Assembly: GCA_049287005.1 (NCBI GenBank)
Contig: JBAQEZ010000003.1
Location: 181,958 to 245,957, forward strand
DNA from: Candidatus Moraniibacteriota bacterium
GTDB taxonomy: Bacteria; Patescibacteriota; Minisyncoccia; Moranbacterales; UBA1568
DNA: 64,000 nucleotides
Direction of reading: 5' to 3'
The notes beneath the pieces were generated by a model. It had not been told where the DNA came from and did no database searches. It worked only from the letters and a program-made list of their open reading frames with translations. Below are positions 1 to 10,091 of this stretch, one piece after another. The translations under genes and the position numbers were made by a program. How positions within the stretch are numbered: position 1 is the first letter of the stretch; each line of letters opens with the position of its first letter.

Positions 1-3000
1 TTGCCAGCGGCGCATCAAGTCTGCTGAACAATATCGTCAAAAATAACCGCTACTTCGGCTTTCTGTTTGAAGCGGGAGGTTCTACGGTTTCTGGTGGTCT
101 TGTATCAGGCAGTCCATACGCTATCTTCAATCCTCGTGAACATTCCTTGGGTGTCATTGCCGTTCATAACGTAGATCTTTCAGGGACTACTGCGGCAGTA
201 GTAAACGACGCGGAGTTCTATTCGCTTGATGTAACAAAAAATTATTGGGGTAGTACGACAGGCCCCATCATCAATACCGACATTCAGGGTGCAGGCGTGG
301 CAAACGTTTCATTCGACCCATGGTATGTTAATTCCGGAAAAACGATTCTTTCAAGTGAGATTTCTGGAGGCGACACCGTTACAGCACCGAATGGCGCTGT
401 AGACGTAGAATTGCCTTCTGGTGCTCTCGGCGAGGCCGACCTACCAGCCGGAGTTACCGATGTCGTATTAGACAATGACTCTGGTCTAGATTTGTCGGCT
501 GGATTACAGGATAACGCAGTTACCTTGCAATCTGGAATTGCGGGTGCGGATGTTGTGTTGACCAATTCAGATTTAAGCGGTGTCAGCGCCAGTATTCCTG
601 ATGGAACATTGATTACCGGCCCAACTGGCTGGGATGGCATAATTACACCACCAACTTCTGGGACACCAGCCGGAGATGCTCCTGCAGGATTTGCTGTCGG
701 TGGGACCGTGATTTCAATTGGTTCACCCGATGGGACGCTTACCTTTGATACAGCGGTGACTATTGTATTGCCAGGTGTGACTGGTGCTGTCGGTTACAGG
801 CCATCAGGATCAACTGTGTGGCAAGAAATAACGAATGTCTGTACTGGAACATATGAGAACCCGACAGGTGCCGTATACCCTGGTGAATGTGCCATCAACA
901 ACGGAACCGATACGAAGATTCTCACTTTCCACTTCACGTCATTTGGTGATCTAGAGGATACTGCAGCCCCAACCGTTCCCGTTTTGCTTACTCCAGGTAA
1001 TAATGCATATTTAACAACGCATGACTTTACTTTCTCATGGGACACGGTTACCGATCCAAGCTCTCCGGTATCCTATGAATGGGAATTTTCATATGGAGCA
1101 ACTGTGAAGGGTGATGGTTCGTTCACAAGTAGATCGGGTTTTCACAGTCTGGCGTCTGCATCTGTATATAGTCCAGGAACACCAGACAATATCTATTATT
1201 GGCATGTACGAGCCATTGATTCTCTTGGTAATGCAAGTGCGTGGAGCTCAGCCTGGAAAGTAACTGTCGATACTGTCGCGCCTGCCACGCCTACCCATGT
1301 GAGCCCTGCTGATGGTACGTATACGACCACTGCCAATCTGATCAAGGCTGACTGGAGCGATGTCACGGATTCCAGTACGCCGGTTTCTTATTTCTACCAA
1401 TCTTCTCATTCTACAGCTCTTCATCTTGACGGTTCGTTTGTCAGTCCTGCTTATACTTCAGGAGCGCTTTCAGCTTCAGAAATTCCTACGCCGGGCACGC
1501 CTGCCGGTATCTATTATTGGCACGTGCGCGCAGTAGATGCCGCGGGAAATACAAGCGCCTGGAGCGATGCCTGGCAATTCACTGTCGATAACACTGCTCC
1601 GACAAAGCCAGTGTTTACGGCACCAACAAACAACCTCTTCACGAATGTAAACTTTGTTACCTTGATGTGGTCCAATGGCGATGACACAGGAACAACGCAG
1701 TCCGGAATCAAGGGGCACACGATCCGTTATGCCTTTGTTCCGATGGGTGGCGGCGCGACGATCCCTTGGACATCTGGCCTGATCGCCAGTGGCAACCCCA
1801 AGACGCATAGCGGTACCTACGGCCATGGACAGGGCACCTACACTCTGTATGTTTCCACCACTGACAATGCGGGAAACGTGAGTGCCGAGAGCAATCCTCT
1901 TGTGCTGAATTATGATGCTACGGCTCCCAATACCCCGCTTCTCAATACTCCGTCCGATGGTTTCGTGACCAAAGGTGTAGCGTTTACTCAGAAATGGTTC
2001 GCCGTTTCCGATGCGGTTTTGTATGAATACCAAAGTTGCAACACGGATCCTGGTGATACGGGCGATTCTTGTGGGAGCGTGAAGTGGACACAGAGCTTTA
2101 CTGGACTAACAAAGTCGGTAGGCGCTGGTCAACCTGACAGTCAATTCTGGTGGAGAGTGCGCGCCAAGGATGCGGCGGGAAATTGGAGCGGTTGGAGCGA
2201 ATCGAGAGAATTGAAAATAGACAATACCGCTCCGGTAACGACTGATAGTGGTACGGATGCTGATTGGCATAATTCTGATGTGACCGTGACTCTTTCTTGT
2301 GATGATGGAACGGGTAGTGGTTGTAACAAGACATATTACACGACCGATGGCTCGAATCCTACTTCCTCGTCGAATGAGGGCAATACTGTTGTAGTAAGCA
2401 GTGAAGGCACAACGACGATTAAATACCTCTCCGTGGATAATGCTGGCAATGCAGAAATAGTAAAAACAGCCGGAGAGTCAGTGAGAATCGACAAAACGAA
2501 TCCGGAGAGCGTCATTACCTTTCCAATAAATACTGCCACCAACCAAACTGTCATCACTAATAGTTGGGATGGCTCTATCGCCGGCACTGCCGCAGATACT
2601 ACCAGTAGTGTCGATCACGTCGCACTTTCCATAGAGCGCAGTTCCGATGGAAAATTCTGGAACGACTCAAACTGGGTTTCTGGTACTGAAGTAGGTACGC
2701 GAGTAACGTCCATAGGTACCACAAACTGGACTTATGCTATTATCCAAACCCTAGCCGAGGATACCTATACCATTACATCTCACGCTGTCGATGCCGCCGG
2801 GAATATCGAAAACTCCTATGTGATCACTGTTATCTTGGACAAGACCATCCCGGAAGTAACGCTGACTATCGATCCTGCGAATCCCAATGGAGACAACAAT
2901 TGGTATGCGACGGACCCAACAATCACCCTCGCTGCCAATGATAACTTCAATATTGATCGGATCCAGTACCAATTGAACAGCACAGGAGGTAGCTGGACCA

Positions 3001-3692
3001 CCTATGCTGCGCCAGTCACTCTCGCTGATGGCGTCTGGCAGTTCTACTACCGGAGCATCGATACGGCTTCCAATGCAAGCAGTATCGGCTTGAAAAACGT
3101 CAAAGTGGATACCGTTGATCCGGATAACGTGGATCATCTGGACGCTACCTACAGGCAATTACCAAACAGAGTGCAGCTGACGTGGGACGTGAATGACTCG
3201 GATATCGATTCCGTGTATATCTACCGCGGTAAGAGCAAGAATTTCAGTGTGAACACGATCTCTCGCATCGCCAAAAATAATCGGAATGACACCAACTACT
3301 CGGATGATAATGTCACGCCGGGCGAAAAGTACTATTACAAAGTGGTGACCATAGATAATGCGGGGAACAAGAGCAACGTCAACAGCCTCTCAATTGCTTT
3401 ACCTACCGAAGGAACGCAGGCGGTCGTAAAGAACGAAGGGACGGAAGCGTTGCCTGCGGGCACTGTCTTGGGAACAGAAACGGACAATAGCAATGGCGGC
3501 CAGGTGGAAGGCGCCAATGGTACAGGAGGGGATCAGTCAGGGCAGGTTCTGGGTGCGGAAACCGGTGGCTCGTCCGATAATGGGGGCGGCATACCTTTCT
3601 GGCAGTGGTTGCTCCTGGTCCTCGTTGTGGGAGGGGCAGGCTACTACGGTTACGGAGCCTACTACAAGAATCGCTATGAGCCTCTTCAATAA
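1..3692 (+). CDS. Large cell-surface protein with about 4 fibronectin type III-like repeats, further beta-sandwich/Ig-like modules and a C-terminal TM anchor. It is 5'-partial: the reading frame is open from the first base of the window.
   Basis: Repeated modules of about 100 aa each end in a YYWHVRA(I/V)D-x-(L/A)GN-x-SAWS motif, matching the bacterial Fn3 signature Y-x-V-x-A-x-D-x-AGN-x-S. The C-terminus has a hydrophobic stretch, WQWLLLVLVVGGAGYYGYGAYY. There is no in-frame stop between nt 3 and 147, so the gene starts upstream of the window. Confidence 0.6.
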   Translation, partial: ASGASSLLNNIVKNNRYFGFLFEAGGSTVSGGLVSGSPYAIFNPREHSLGVIAVHNVDLSGTTAAVVNDAEFYSLDVTKNYWGSTTGPIINTDIQGAGVANVSFDPWYVNSGKTILSSEISGGDTVTAPNGAVDVELPSGALGEADLPAGVTDVVLDNDSGLDLSAGLQDNAVTLQSGIAGADVVLTNSDLSGVSASIPDGTLITGPTGWDGIITPPTSGTPAGDAPAGFAVGGTVISIGSPDGTLTFDTAVTIVLPGVTGAVGYRPSGSTVWQEITNVCTGTYENPTGAVYPGECAINNGTDTKILTFHFTSFGDLEDTAAPTVPVLLTPGNNAYLTTHDFTFSWDTVTDPSSPVSYEWEFSYGATVKGDGSFTSRSGFHSLASASVYSPGTPDNIYYWHVRAIDSLGNASAWSSAWKVTVDTVAPATPTHVSPADGTYTTTANLIKADWSDVTDSSTPVSYFYQSSHSTALHLDGSFVSPAYTSGALSASEIPTPGTPAGIYYWHVRAVDAAGNTSAWSDAWQFTVDNTAPTKPVFTAPTNNLFTNVNFVTLMWSNGDDTGTTQSGIKGHTIRYAFVPMGGGATIPWTSGLIASGNPKTHSGTYGHGQGTYTLYVSTTDNAGNVSAESNPLVLNYDATAPNTPLLNTPSDGFVTKGVAFTQKWFAVSDAVLYEYQSCNTDPGDTGDSCGSVKWTQSFTGLTKSVGAGQPDSQFWWRVRAKDAAGNWSGWSESRELKIDNTAPVTTDSGTDADWHNSDVTVTLSCDDGTGSGCNKTYYTTDGSNPTSSSNEGNTVVVSSEGTTTIKYLSVDNAGNAEIVKTAGESVRIDKTNPESVITFPINTATNQTVITNSWDGSIAGTAADTTSSVDHVALSIERSSDGKFWNDSNWVSGTEVGTRVTSIGTTNWTYAIIQTLAEDTYTITSHAVDAAGNIENSYVITVILDKTIPEVTLTIDPANPNGDNNWYATDPTITLAANDNFNIDRIQYQLNSTGGSWTTYAAPVTLADGVWQFYYRSIDTASNASSIGLKNVKVDTVDPDNVDHLDATYRQLPNRVQLTWDVNDSDIDSVYIYRGKSKNFSVNTISRIAKNNRNDTNYSDDNVTPGEKYYYKVVTIDNAGNKSNVNSLSIALPTEGTQAVVKNEGTEALPAGTVLGTETDNSNGGQVEGANGTGGDQSGQVLGAETGGSSDNGGGIPFWQWLLLVLVVGGAGYYGYGAYYKNRYEPLQ

Positions 3693-4230
3693 AGACAGCT
3701 CTCGAAATCTGGTCATCGTCGGACTGGTACTCCTCGCGCTCGCGGAGGCAGTCTCTCTTGCTTTTGTCGGGCCGAGTCAGTCAGGTACCGGTAGCGTCCG
3801 TACCCAAGATGAGCAGCCCGCGGACGTCGCGCAGGCTCCGATTCAGAAGCTGTCTGAGATACGCGGAGCGCGCATTGATGATGGTGCGGGGACGATCGTT
3901 GTCGAAAGATCTTTGTCGGCACAGGTTCAGGCGAGAATATGCTTGACGCTGCCAGGGGGTCTCTGGATATTCCTCTTGCTGGGTTATGTCGCGCTGCTCA
4001 TTTTCAATTTCTCGTATACGTTCGATCGGGCTACCGCGCCACAGTGGGCGTGGGAGGCAGGACTGACCGCGCTGGCGCTCATCGCGTGGTATGCCTGGGA
4101 CGAATGTCGGACCAGTAGCTGGTTTCCTCTGATGGTAGTGAAGTCGGGACTGCTCGTCTTCATCGCGTATGCATATCTTTTGGAGAAAAAACTCTGGGTA
4201 AACAGCGACAAGACAGGGAGCCTGTTTTAG
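3676..4230 (+). CDS. Hypothetical membrane protein with several TM segments. It overlaps the 3' end of the surface-protein gene.
   Basis: ORF beginning at ATG 3676 (MSLFNKDSS...). Hydrophobic segments include LVIVGLVLLALAEAV, GGLWIFLLLGYVALLIF and LTALALIAWYAW. The longer ORF from 3493 lies in another frame inside the upstream gene, so the internal start is preferred. Confidence 0.4.
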   Translation: MSLFNKDSSRNLVIVGLVLLALAEAVSLAFVGPSQSGTGSVRTQDEQPADVAQAPIQKLSEIRGARIDDGAGTIVVERSLSAQVQARICLTLPGGLWIFLLLGYVALLIFNFSYTFDRATAPQWAWEAGLTALALIAWYAWDECRTSSWFPLMVVKSGLLVFIAYAYLLEKKLWVNSDKTGSLF

Positions 4231-4252
4231 CAGTTACTGCGCAAACAGAAAA

Positions 4253-4286
4253 AACCGAGCTTTTCAGGGCTCGGCTTTTCTTTTGG
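4253..4286. terminator. Rho-independent terminator; hairpin flanked by A and T tracts
   Basis: aaaaaCCGAGCttttcaggGCTCGGcttttcttttgg, lying 23 nt after the stop at 4230. Confidence 0.7.
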
Positions 4287-4338
4287 TTCAAAAAGTCTTT
4301 TTTACAAGAGACCGATCTGTCCAAAGAAGGTGAGACTT

Positions 4339-4581
4339 ATGACAGGAACGAGAGCGAGTAAGAATGCGAAACTCACCTCTTCATTTTTTGCCGCCTCTTG
4401 TGCCACTTGTGCACATTTGTCGCAACCGCCTGTAGAACAGGTATCGGTGTTTTGCGTTTCCATTGTTGGTTCCATAATATTTTTTATATTAATTTTTATA
4501 TTAATGTTTATGGTACCCAATTCGACTTTTGGGCTTTGCTTAGCGCATATTGAGAAAGAAAAAACGGGCTGTAGACAATGA
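4339..4581 (+). CDS. Small hypothetical membrane protein (about 80 aa) with Cys-rich motifs
   Basis: An AGGTGAG ribosome-binding site sits 6 nt before ATG 4339. The protein has SCATCAH and CVS motifs and a TM helix (IVGSIIFFILIFILMFMV), and a terminator hairpin overlaps the 3' end. A competing antisense ORF (4302-4520) lacks a ribosome-binding site. Confidence 0.25.
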   Translation: MTGTRASKNAKLTSSFFAASCATCAHLSQPPVEQVSVFCVSIVGSIIFFILIFILMFMVPNSTFGLCLAHIEKEKTGCRQ

Positions 4582-4599
4582 TGTCTTCACCCGTTTTTT
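4561..4599 (+). terminator. Rho-independent terminator
   Basis: ACGGG...agaca-atga-tgtct...CCCGT followed by TTTTTT (4594-4599). Confidence 0.5.
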
Positions 4600-4716
4600 A
4601 TTCCTCAATATAGCTAGTATAGCAGAAAATTGTGGTCTCGTCAACCCCGATCGGGTTTCGACGGTTTTTGTCTCTTCATCCGATGTCAGGTATACTTAAG
4701 AAGTGATATCAGATGA

Positions 4717-5466
4717 GTGATAAGAGATATGGAAGATATGCGCAGGAAAATTTTTGGAACGCTTCTGATTGCGGGGGCGATGCTGCTTTCCGGATGTGCC
4801 ACTCCCGAAGTGCGTAAAGACGCACCAGTAAAAGATGACCTGTCGTTTTATCCCGATGCCAGCAAATCAGGGGTGACCGCTCCCCAAGCATCACCTGGCA
4901 ACAAGACACCGCAAGCTGTGCCAGCCACCCCACCCGTTAATACACTTACCAATAAAAAAATGTATACAACAGCACCGCAGATGGCCATCGACAAGACCAA
5001 GACGTACAGTGCGACCCTGAAGACTGATGCCGGTGATATCGTCATCGATCTCGACACCAAGGCCGTGCCGATCACCGTCAATAATTTTGTTTTTTTGGCG
5101 CGGGAAAAGTTCTATGACCATACGATTTTTCACCGCACGATCAAAGGGTTCATGATTCAGGGGGGTGATCCGGAGGGGACCGGTGCTGGAGGTCCTGGGT
5201 ATCAATTCGTAGACGAACCGTTCGCTGGCGAATACACTCGTGGTACGTTGGCTATGGCCAATGCTGGGGCGAATACCAACGGCAGCCAATTCTTCATCAT
5301 GCACAGAGACACCGCACTGCCCAAAAATTATGTGATTTTCGGGCACGTGACTACCGGTTTGGACGTCGTGGACAAGATCGCGGAAGCTCCCACTCAATCA
5401 GGTGGCGAGGGGTCAGCACCAGTCACGCCGGTTGTCGTGCAAACGATTACGGTCAAGGAGAAGTAG
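4717..5466 (+). CDS. ppiB: Cyclophilin-type peptidyl-prolyl cis-trans isomerase; predicted lipoprotein
   Basis: Lipobox LLSGC after an N-terminal hydrophobic segment. Cyclophilin core FHRTIKGFMIQGGDPEGTGAGGPGY ... GTLAMANAGANTNGSQFFI. Confidence 0.9.
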   Translation: MIRDMEDMRRKIFGTLLIAGAMLLSGCATPEVRKDAPVKDDLSFYPDASKSGVTAPQASPGNKTPQAVPATPPVNTLTNKKMYTTAPQMAIDKTKTYSATLKTDAGDIVIDLDTKAVPITVNNFVFLAREKFYDHTIFHRTIKGFMIQGGDPEGTGAGGPGYQFVDEPFAGEYTRGTLAMANAGANTNGSQFFIMHRDTALPKNYVIFGHVTTGLDVVDKIAEAPTQSGGEGSAPVTPVVVQTITVKEK

Positions 5467-5500
5467 GGGGTACACATGAGATGAAGGATAAAAGGGGTAC

Positions 5501-7033
5501 ATGTTTCCCTGTATCAGAGGGTATCAGCGGAGCAACTCATCTCGTATCATGTGTCTTGCATCAATTATCTTGTATCCTATGTCATCCGTTCAAATCTATG
5601 CTTTCTTGCGCACACTTCTCGTATGGGGAGTTGGGATTTTTGTCTGTGTTGTCGTCGTACGAGGAACGGTTCCTGTAGCCTCTGCCGCCGATCAAGCCTT
5701 GCCCCAGGAAGCCCTGGTTGATTTGGTGAAACCATCAGTGGTACGTATTGCGCAGCATGTGAGCGGAACGGCGAAAATCCCTCACATCAAGGTAGATATA
5801 CTCAAGCATCTGGTGGCCGTGGTGCCCAATGCCTTTACTGAGGTGCCAGTGGACGAGTATTTGGTGGGAAGCGGTTTTGTCATCCATCCGGATGGGTATA
5901 TCGCTACCAATTCCCATGTGGTTTCCGAACAGACAGCCAAAGAAATGATGGCGTCTGATAGCGCTTTGGCGGCGCTGTATGAAAATGCTCTTTTCCTCAG
6001 CGACGTGGAGATGCAGAGTTTTTTACAGACCGAAACAGCCAATAGCTTTAGCAGACAGGTGCTGCAGTTCGTCATCACTCAGAGCGTTTTCGAGCTGAAA
6101 AGCGAAGTAGCAGTCCTCCGTCCAGCTTCCCTGAAGAAGTCGATACCTGATCTGCTGGCTGACGGTTTTCCCGCAACCGTGATTGCAGTGAATGATAACT
6201 TTTCGGAGGATGAGATGGATGTCGCATTGATAAAGATTAATGAATCGCGCTTGCCGGCACTGGCGCTCGGGGAAGGCGGGGCGATTACGGTCGGGAAAAA
6301 AGCGTTTATTTTCGGCTTTCCGGCTACAGCGGAACCCAATCAAAATCATTCTCTGGAAGCCACGTTCACCCAAGGAGTGGTCAGTGCTATCAAACAATCG
6401 ACCGACAAGAGTTTCAAATTGTTCCAGACCGATGCCAAAGTATCCGAAGGGTCGAGCGGTGGTCCTCTTTTCGATGAGTACGGAGCGGTCGTCGGCATAG
6501 TCACTTTTCAAACGGATGAATTGAATCGCTCGCAGGGAGATAATTTTGCCTTTGCTTTGCCGATTGAAATGATACGGGATGCGGCGCGGAAAGCCGGAGT
6601 TCCTCTCTCTGAAGGGCAATACGGCGATAATTTCAAAAAAGGGTTTCTGTATTTTTCTGAGAAACAATGCACGAAAGCAGAAAGTGCTTTCCGCGCAGCG
6701 CTCGAGGGGAATAACGGAACCTTTGTCACAGAGAACGGCCTAGGGGCATATTTCCAGAAATGTGATGCATGGCAAAAGGCGGGGACGGCACTCAATACTC
6801 GCTTCGATAGGATCAAAGCCTCGGTTCGTGCTTTGGGTGATCCCTTTTTCTACCTAGCGGGCGTAGGTCTGCTCTTCGTAGGATTTTTTGGCGGTGCGTT
6901 GTACTGGGTCTTGCGACAGGTGCAACGCGAAGAACGGGAAATCGCGGTGTTGGAAACGCGTTTACGCGCTGATGAGCATCTGCTCAAGCGGTACGAAAGC
7001 GGATCAGTAAAAAAAGAGAAGAAGATTCTTTGA
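5501..7033 (+). CDS. Trypsin-like (S1 family) serine protease with an N-terminal signal/TM segment and a C-terminal TM plus coiled-coil tail. The start is uncertain (alternative Met at 5579).
   Basis: Catalytic triad context: His in GYIATNSHVV, Asp in DVALIKI, Ser in GSSGGPLF. C-terminal TM LAGVGLLFVGFFGGALYWV. Confidence 0.8.
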   Translation: MFPCIRGYQRSNSSRIMCLASIILYPMSSVQIYAFLRTLLVWGVGIFVCVVVVRGTVPVASAADQALPQEALVDLVKPSVVRIAQHVSGTAKIPHIKVDILKHLVAVVPNAFTEVPVDEYLVGSGFVIHPDGYIATNSHVVSEQTAKEMMASDSALAALYENALFLSDVEMQSFLQTETANSFSRQVLQFVITQSVFELKSEVAVLRPASLKKSIPDLLADGFPATVIAVNDNFSEDEMDVALIKINESRLPALALGEGGAITVGKKAFIFGFPATAEPNQNHSLEATFTQGVVSAIKQSTDKSFKLFQTDAKVSEGSSGGPLFDEYGAVVGIVTFQTDELNRSQGDNFAFALPIEMIRDAARKAGVPLSEGQYGDNFKKGFLYFSEKQCTKAESAFRAALEGNNGTFVTENGLGAYFQKCDAWQKAGTALNTRFDRIKASVRALGDPFFYLAGVGLLFVGFFGGALYWVLRQVQREEREIAVLETRLRADEHLLKRYESGSVKKEKKIL

Positions 7034-7055
7034 GGGAGAAAACAAACAATCACCT

Positions 7056-8825
7056 ATGATCAGTCTTTTTGATATTTTGTGGAGCAGGGAATTCCGCTTA
7101 CCGTTTCTGATCATCCTGTGCATATTTTTATCCTTGCTGCTCGGCGAGAAAACGGTGTACGGGGTGGCGATTCTTTTCGGTATAGCGCAGCTGTTGTCCG
7201 AATCCTCTGCGCGCATCAAAAAGAAGCGCTGGAACTTGGACTACCTGGCATTTTTGGCGTTGGGGACATCTCTCGTCTTGGGGGAGTTTTTGGCCGGGGC
7301 AGTGATCGCCCTTATGGTTGCGGTCAGCGCGGCTTTGGAAAAATATGGCGCGACGCGAGCGGAGAAAACGTTGCGAGGGCTTTTTGAAAATATTCCCAAA
7401 ATAGCGCTGATAGTGACTGACGCGGGAACCCATGCGGTGTCTCTGCCGGCGATTCGAGAGGGGGATGTTTTGCTGGTGCGGCCGAATGAAATGCTCGCGT
7501 TTGACGGGTATCTGTTATCGGATCGCGCACTTTTGGATGAGGCGAATCTGACGGGGGAAATGGAGCCTGTTGTTTATGAAGAGACCGCCATGCTCAAAAG
7601 CGGTTCCGTCAATGTCGGTCAGGTGCTGACGATGCGCGTCCTCGGTGATTTCGAACACTCGAGTTATCGGAAAATACTTTCTTTGGTGGAAGAGGGCAAA
7701 TCGCATCCCGCTCCGATGGTACGTCTCGCGGAACGGTACAATATCTACTTCACGTTTTTTTCGCTCGTCCTGGCGTTCGGAGCGTATTTCTCGTTTGGCG
7801 ATTGGCAGCGTTTTCTGGCGGTACTGGTGATCGCGACACCCTGTCCGCTCTTGATCGCCGCTCCGGTTAGCTTTATCGGCGGGTTGAACAAAGCGGCGCG
7901 AAAAAATATTATCATCAAGAGTCCGCTCATCCTGGAACTACTGGCCAAAACGAAGATGTTTTTTTTCGACAAGACCGGTACTCTCACGCTGGGTGAACCT
8001 CGTTTGAAAAGAGTGGAATTGTTGGACAAAGCGTTTTCACAAGAAAAAGCGCTATCTATCGCGGCAGCGTTGGAGCAGCATTCCTTTCATCCTATTGCCA
8101 AAGCCATCGTTCGCGAACACGCCCTGCACGAAGGGACGATACTGGTAGCAGAAGAGGTGGAAGAAAAAATCGGCGAAGGTATTTTTGGGACGATAGCAGG
8201 GGCAGAGTACGGTATCGTGCAGACGAAGGCCAAGACGGAAAACGGGATTGTCGTCGATTTGGTCGTCTCCGCTACGGCGGTCGCGAGATTTTATTTTGAT
8301 GATGAGCTGAAGCCGCAGGTCAGCGATGTTTTCACATACTTGCGTAGTCATGGCTATACGCTGGGGATTTTGACTGGCGATAAGAAAAAGAATGCGGAAC
8401 GGATATTCGGACATTTCAAGCTACCCATCTATGCTGAATGTCGACCAGAACGCAAAACGGAACTCATACAGCGTTATCAGAGAGAGGGGAATCTGGTGGG
8501 TATGGTCGGTGATGGCATGAATGATGCTCCGGCGTTGGCTCTGGCAGATATCGGCATTGTGTTTTCCGGAACGGAAAATAGTGCCTCTATCGAGGCGGCC
8601 GATGTGGCTATTTTCGGACATGACGCTGCCCTCATCCGCGATGCGATCCATATCGGACGCAGATCTTATCACGTGGCTTTCCAGAGCATCCTGATCGGTA
8701 TCGGCTTATCGGCACTGGGCATGATCCTGGCTTTTTTCGGTCTGATATCGCCTTTGTATGGCGCGATTCTCCAAGAAGTCATCGATGTCATCGTGATCAT
8801 CAACGCCCTGCGCTCGACGTATTAG
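7056..8825 (+). CDS. P-type cation-transporting ATPase; short P1B-like form with no N-terminal metal-binding domain
   Basis: Motifs TGE (LTGEMEPV), TM CP-x (ATPCPLLIAAP), DKTGTLT and GDGMNDAPAL. Confidence 0.85.
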   Translation: MISLFDILWSREFRLPFLIILCIFLSLLLGEKTVYGVAILFGIAQLLSESSARIKKKRWNLDYLAFLALGTSLVLGEFLAGAVIALMVAVSAALEKYGATRAEKTLRGLFENIPKIALIVTDAGTHAVSLPAIREGDVLLVRPNEMLAFDGYLLSDRALLDEANLTGEMEPVVYEETAMLKSGSVNVGQVLTMRVLGDFEHSSYRKILSLVEEGKSHPAPMVRLAERYNIYFTFFSLVLAFGAYFSFGDWQRFLAVLVIATPCPLLIAAPVSFIGGLNKAARKNIIIKSPLILELLAKTKMFFFDKTGTLTLGEPRLKRVELLDKAFSQEKALSIAAALEQHSFHPIAKAIVREHALHEGTILVAEEVEEKIGEGIFGTIAGAEYGIVQTKAKTENGIVVDLVVSATAVARFYFDDELKPQVSDVFTYLRSHGYTLGILTGDKKKNAERIFGHFKLPIYAECRPERKTELIQRYQREGNLVGMVGDGMNDAPALALADIGIVFSGTENSASIEAADVAIFGHDAALIRDAIHIGRRSYHVAFQSILIGIGLSALGMILAFFGLISPLYGAILQEVIDVIVIINALRSTY

Positions 8826-8840
8826 AAACGAGGGAAACAA

Positions 8841-8874
8841 AAAGACTCCGCACGTTTTTATGGGAGTCTTTTCG
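8841..8874. terminator. Convergent-gene terminator; stronger in the minus orientation
   Basis: AAGACTCC-gcacgtttttat-GGAGTCTT. The minus-strand reading is followed by TTTTGTTT. Confidence 0.55.
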
Positions 8875-8890
8875 GCTGTAACGCCTGTCG

Positions 8891-10087
8891 TTACTTGTAT
8901 CTCAGAGCTTCCAGGGTATCGATATGAGAGGCTTTGCGGGCAGGGAAGATGCCGGTCAAGAATCCGATAAATGCACCAAAGGTAATGACGGTGACGATAA
9001 ACCACAGCGGGCTGTAGAAGAGGTCGACTGTTCCGCCGCCAAAGCGGTTCGCCACCAGGTTGATGACGATATTGAGACCCTTGCCCCCGAGATATCCGAG
9101 GATTACTCCTCCGAGCGCTCCCAAAAATCCCATCAACGTGGATTCCACGATGAACATCATCGAAATGCTCCCGCGTGAAGCGCCGATGGCTTTCATGATG
9201 CCGATTTCTTCCGTCCGTTCCAGAAGCGCGATGGTCATGGTGTTGAACATGCCGATGGCCGAAACGATAAGGGCTATCATGCCGAAGATCATCAGCACTA
9301 TCTGGACGATGCTGAAAACTTTGTTCGCCTGGTCGATGGTTTCGGAAATAGAAGAGGCGATAAAACCGCGACTCTCTATCTCTCCGCGCACCGCGTTCAG
9401 CACGCTGGTGGTCAGACATTTTACTTTCAGCTTGGTGTAGCTTTCAATGGGAATAGTCGTGAGAGAATCCAGTGAAAGGTAAATGATGTTTTCTTCACCG
9501 GAGACGACGCCGATGACGGTGTAGGGGGTTGGTAGCGTGTACGATGATTTTTGGCCGGACTGGTCCGAGGCAGTGCTTTGGAAGAGCGTGAGCAGAGCGG
9601 TTTTCCCCAACATCTTTTCCGGAGAAAGGTTGAAGATACGCGCCATGGCCGATGTGATGACAATATTTTGGCGCTCGTCTTGAGTGAAAAACCGCCCGTT
9701 TTCAATTTTCAAACCCTCATTTTTGAGGAGCGAAGCAGAAGAGCTTACCGTGCTGACATCGAGAGTGATATCATCGAATTTTCCTTGGCCAGGCGATTCC
9801 AACACCGGAATGACCTCGACGACATCCTGGATATTTTTGAGTTCTTCAGCGGTGGCGCTGTCTAGCTTTTGTCCACTATCGCCTTTCCCCAGCGTGATAT
9901 CCAGCGTGACGAGTGCGTCCGAAGTAGTGATTTTTTGGAGTAGTGTCCGTTGTAATCCGTAACCGAAGGAAACCAGAAAAATAATGGCAGCGATGCCGAC
10001 GCTCATACCAAGAATCGTCAGGAGCGTACGCATGGTGCGAGCCTTGAACATGCGGAGGGAGAGTTTGAGGAGATCGAAAAAACGCAT
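8891..10087 (-). CDS. ABC transporter permease of the FtsX/MacB/LolCE family
   Basis: N-terminal TM MRTLLTILGMSVGIAAIIFLVSFGYG, a large periplasmic loop, and three C-terminal TMs typical of the FtsX domain. Confidence 0.8.
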   Translation of the reverse strand: MRFFDLLKLSLRMFKARTMRTLLTILGMSVGIAAIIFLVSFGYGLQRTLLQKITTSDALVTLDITLGKGDSGQKLDSATAEELKNIQDVVEVIPVLESPGQGKFDDITLDVSTVSSSASLLKNEGLKIENGRFFTQDERQNIVITSAMARIFNLSPEKMLGKTALLTLFQSTASDQSGQKSSYTLPTPYTVIGVVSGEENIIYLSLDSLTTIPIESYTKLKVKCLTTSVLNAVRGEIESRGFIASSISETIDQANKVFSIVQIVLMIFGMIALIVSAIGMFNTMTIALLERTEEIGIMKAIGASRGSISMMFIVESTLMGFLGALGGVILGYLGGKGLNIVINLVANRFGGGTVDLFYSPLWFIVTVITFGAFIGFLTGIFPARKASHIDTLEALRYK

Positions 10088-10091
10088 AGAT

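Noticed and set aside
4302-4520. Minus-strand 72-aa ORF with a CSTGGCDKC motif
   Set aside because: No ribosome-binding site upstream of either candidate start. The overlapping plus-strand ORF has a good ribosome-binding site and a downstream terminator. It is kept only as an alternative in a finding.
8706-9419. 237-aa minus-strand ORF (R/H/D-rich) overlapping the ABC permease gene in another frame
   Set aside because: Highly biased composition (RRDRESR, HHDHRASG). The FtsX-like permease frame has clear family features.
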